Assembly: GCF_964204645.1 (NCBI RefSeq)
Contig: NC_134025.1
Coordinates: 19,567,101 to 19,631,100, forward strand
Source of the DNA: Tubulanus polymorphus
Lineage: Eukaryota; Animalia; Nemertea
Direction: 5' to 3'
DNA: 64,000 nt
Shown: positions 60,436 to 64,000 of the stretch, piece by piece
Layout: each line of letters opens with the position of its first letter
Numbering within the stretch: position 1 is the first letter of the stretch
Notes under the pieces: model-generated
The model's database searches: none
Told to the model about the DNA's origin: nothing
What the model saw: only the letters and a program-made list of their open reading frames with translations
Program-made: the position numbers and the translations under genes

Positions 60436-63124
60436 TCAGTAATATCTGGTTTTGCATAAATGCTAGAATGGCTCAACAACGACTAACCGCTCATGTCACA
60501 ATGATGCGATAATGGCATCAAATGTGTTGAATTCTAGTTCTCAAATAATATATATAGTAATAGTTGTGTTTGATATACCTGATACATGTACATTATCTGA
60601 GTATGCGAATGTGATGACTTAATAGTTCCCCAAATGAATGATATACATTTCTGTTCGTTTGTTTATATGTTTGTATTCAAGAGAACTATGACCTCTTGTT
60701 GACAGTGGTTTTATAGTTATATAATGTGTAATTGTACGGGTTAATACAAACCATGAACAAGAGCATTTTTGCACATTGGATGTTGTTTCATTTTTAAGGG
60801 AGACCATTTTTGTTCCATGTGAAAATTTCATTTTGCTGATATTTTTGTTGTCCCATACATTGTAATTTAATATACAGACATTATTCCTGCTTCTAAGGAT
60901 AGTTATACCTATGATAATGATACCAAGATAGTTGGGTCGTTATGGATAATTGCCGAAATTTCCTGATTATACTGGTTGGTTTTCAGTTTGTGCATATACT
61001 CGATTTCTTGGAAAATAATCAATATCAATTGAAAACCAACGCCTTGTCTTGTATTTTCCTTTTACCTAGGCTAAAACAGTCCTTAGTTTGGTGAATTTAA
61101 CTGTTAATGACTACTGTAGTTGTAGCTTAGCGCGTCAGAGGATCACTCAGTGGACAATGGGATACAAATTCCCTGATCTCCACCAAATGGACTTTTCATG
61201 CTTGTATTCAATCTTATCGAAACATTACTCGAAAGCTAATTTTTCTTTATTAAATAAATTTTTGAAAATAATTCTACTCCTGATTAGTTTTTAATTTGTT
61301 CTCTTCAAAAGGACGGATGCATTTCTCCCTTTTAATGGAAGGATCATAATAAAGGATTCCATCATTTTACATTTTTTGATTTCAATTGTCATATGGGCAT
61401 TGGAACTGAGGTAAGGAGCCCATGAAACAAAATTGGTTTCTTACTAAATCATAGTAAGATATCTGCGTACTGGGCCAAACATACTTGAGGAAGAAAGCGG
61501 CTAAAATCTTGCTAATGTAAGTGGAACTTATTTAAAATGAACTTGCAATCATTATTGACTTAGAAGTTAGCTGTGATGTGGTTCCACTATACATCTCGGG
61601 CATTGTAAAGGAAAAATCTTCTTATTTTTTACCCACTGCTCCTTATTTGCACGGGTAGTCTTGAACAGCCACAAATTCCTATGTTAAATTGAAACCTCTT
61701 CAGCTGTTGGCCTAGTCAAGTGTTTTAATTCATACCTTTGACAGGTACCCTGTGTCATCTATTTTGCTGGTGCTCTGCTCTTCAAAACTATTCACGATTC
61801 CAAGTGCTTATAAAACAAACAATATCTATGTTGTTTGATTAAGATGTTATAAGGAAAATTTTGATGTTATATGCACATACACTGAATTCATATATGTCCA
61901 TAACCTTTTCTACTGGTTATATTTATAGTTATATTTTCATAACCTATCCCCAATAAATCCAATTGAATACCTTCATGTGGTTGTGATACTACATGTATAC
62001 TTAATGAGAAAAATAAAACCAATGGAATTCTTTCCTCAGTATTGTAATTTCTTTCCAGGTTCAGTTATTGCGAGGAAAAAAAATCTGGGAAGCGGCAAAC
62101 TGGATTGATACGACGGAAAAATATGCAGCCACCCATTCAGTTTTCATTGAATTTTTGGACATTTACTCATGCATTTAATGGCTGCATTAAATCAAAGTAC
62201 ATTTTGTGATTTCAGTTCTTGGTTTATTCATTGACTCATGTGTGGATACTGATAAATCACCTTATTGAGCTCTCATTCAGACCACCACAAATTTTTGAAA
62301 ATTAATGGCACGAGTTATATGTATTAGATGATATGGTCAATTGTTTTAAACGTTTTATTTTTCTTTGTTTTTTTCAGGGTTACAAATACTGAGTTGCATT
62401 TAATTTCAAGAACCAGTGAGTAAAATATTCCATTTCAATTTCTATATATAAAATTTAGAATATTGAATTTCCATGAAATGCAACTTGCAGAATGAATTCA
62501 TATTCTATGACCTGTGTCATGATTACTTTTAGTTTCACTGTTTCAAGGGTGATCGAGAGAATTTGAAATAGTTATGAGCTTAGGGACCTTTAATTTGTGT
62601 TGATATTTGACTGTACTGAATTGATGCTGGAACAATGATGAAATTTTTTGAAGCATTATTTTTGAGGTGTAGAATGAATGTAGTGGAAATGGTTATAATA
62701 CATTTTATGTGGATTTTATTAGAATGAATTCCATTGGAACAGAAATTTACTTCAAAGAATGCAACATTTTCCATAAGTTGGCTTACATGAATTAAGTCTT
62801 TAAAAAACGTTTGAAAGGTAAATCGACTTTCTTAGGCTCAATTAGTGTCATTTAGACTAATCATTCTCATTCCTGTACACTCCTTATGTATGTAAAGGCA
62901 GATGGTCTCGCTTCGCTTTACCCATTCTTCAGTGCCCTTTCATTTATATGAATACCTGCACATTCCACTACTAAGGGCTGGAATGTTCACAACCGGTTGT
63001 TAGCAAGTCCAGAAGTTTGACAGTAAATCAGTACTCATGCAAATCTATAGCTGTCAACACCACATGTATTTACTATTATGCACCTAGGATGAATAGCTGA
63101 TGACAATAGATATTGTTTCCTGCC

Positions 63125-63335
63125 ATGGAGTTACGCCACACTTTTTTATGTTTATTTCTGACAATAGGAATATCATCTGCGCAGGGGGTTAATCAGCAGC
63201 CAAATATTGCTGCCATAGTTGCAGGATGCATTATTGGCACATTACTAGTCGTTGGCTTGGCACTGCTTATTGCATATTTTGTTTGGAAATACAAATGTAA
63301 ACGCAAAAACCAAAATCCACCTTTGACACAAAAAG
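63125..63335 (+). CDS. First coding exon of a type I single-pass membrane protein (gene continues off the right edge)
   Basis: Kozak GCCATGG, signal peptide MELRHTFLCLFLTIGISSA, TM segment IAAIVAGCIIGTLLVVGLALLIAYFVW, basic stop-transfer KYKCKRK and donor AAG|gtgagt. A likely 5'UTR exon lies at 62378-62415. Confidence 0.75.
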
Positions 63336-64000
63336 GTGAGTTTATGTAGTATCTTATGAAAGGTAATTCATCATAGTGTACCTGAGACAAGACCTATGTT
63401 TTAGGTTTTTGTTAATGGTAAATAGACTTTAGTTGCTCAGTTCGATGAGTTGTCTTACTTTTAACCTAATTAATGTAGGATTTCTATGTGTAGATATTTT
63501 AATGAATTAGACCTGAATATATATATTTTGATTATGTAATGAGTTATCTAAGCCATTCCTTAATGAATAATATGTGAAAAAATAAATCTGACCGGAACTT
63601 GGATCTTTGTTTTAAAGAGGCAACTAAGCTAAATCTCTATAAAAATTGTATGAAATGATTATGGAGCTAATCTGTCATCTTAGACCAGGGTTACTTCAGA
63701 GCTGTATAAATCACTAATATTACACAAATATTTAGTTAAATCTGGAAATATAGGGTATCTACATGGAACAGTATAACGTAGAATATGTGCGTGACTATTT
63801 GTGTATGGAAAAGTTCCAAGTTTTTACGAGAATGCACAAGCCATTCTTTGAATAACTTTTTGCCCTATCAAAAAGATTGTAATTGTTTATTCCTAAAAAA
63901 AGTTTACATAATCAGTCACAGATTGAGACAGGCTAAAGTTTATGATTGAGTTCATTCCTTTCAATATTGAAAAATTGTGAACATGAGGTAATATTATTTG

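Overview
AT-rich, intron-rich and repeat-dense animal genomic DNA. It is probably from an invertebrate bilaterian, which I infer from the repeat families and cannot prove here. Two complete multi-exon genes sit head-to-head around a ~530-bp shared promoter region: elongation factor 1-gamma (minus strand, 11 coding exons, 414 aa) and calcineurin B (plus strand, 6 coding exons, 170 aa). Partial genes lie at both edges: an AT-hook/C2H2 zinc-finger gene and a small type I membrane protein. The EF1-gamma introns host snoRNAs: two SNORD70-like C/D copies, two paralogous H/ACA copies and further candidates. Mobile elements include a decayed full-length Ty1/copia element with a half-tRNAiMet primer-binding site, a near-intact piggyBac with non-TTAA flanks, DIRS and Harbinger relics, many MITEs, and a Helentron-like (HINE) family. 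The top leads are the 154-bp-periodic CTCF-consensus arrays carried by that HINE family, a candidate alternative last exon of calcineurin B, the snoRNA cluster, and a foldback with outward-facing Pol III promoter boxes. All calls were made by eye, with no database searches.
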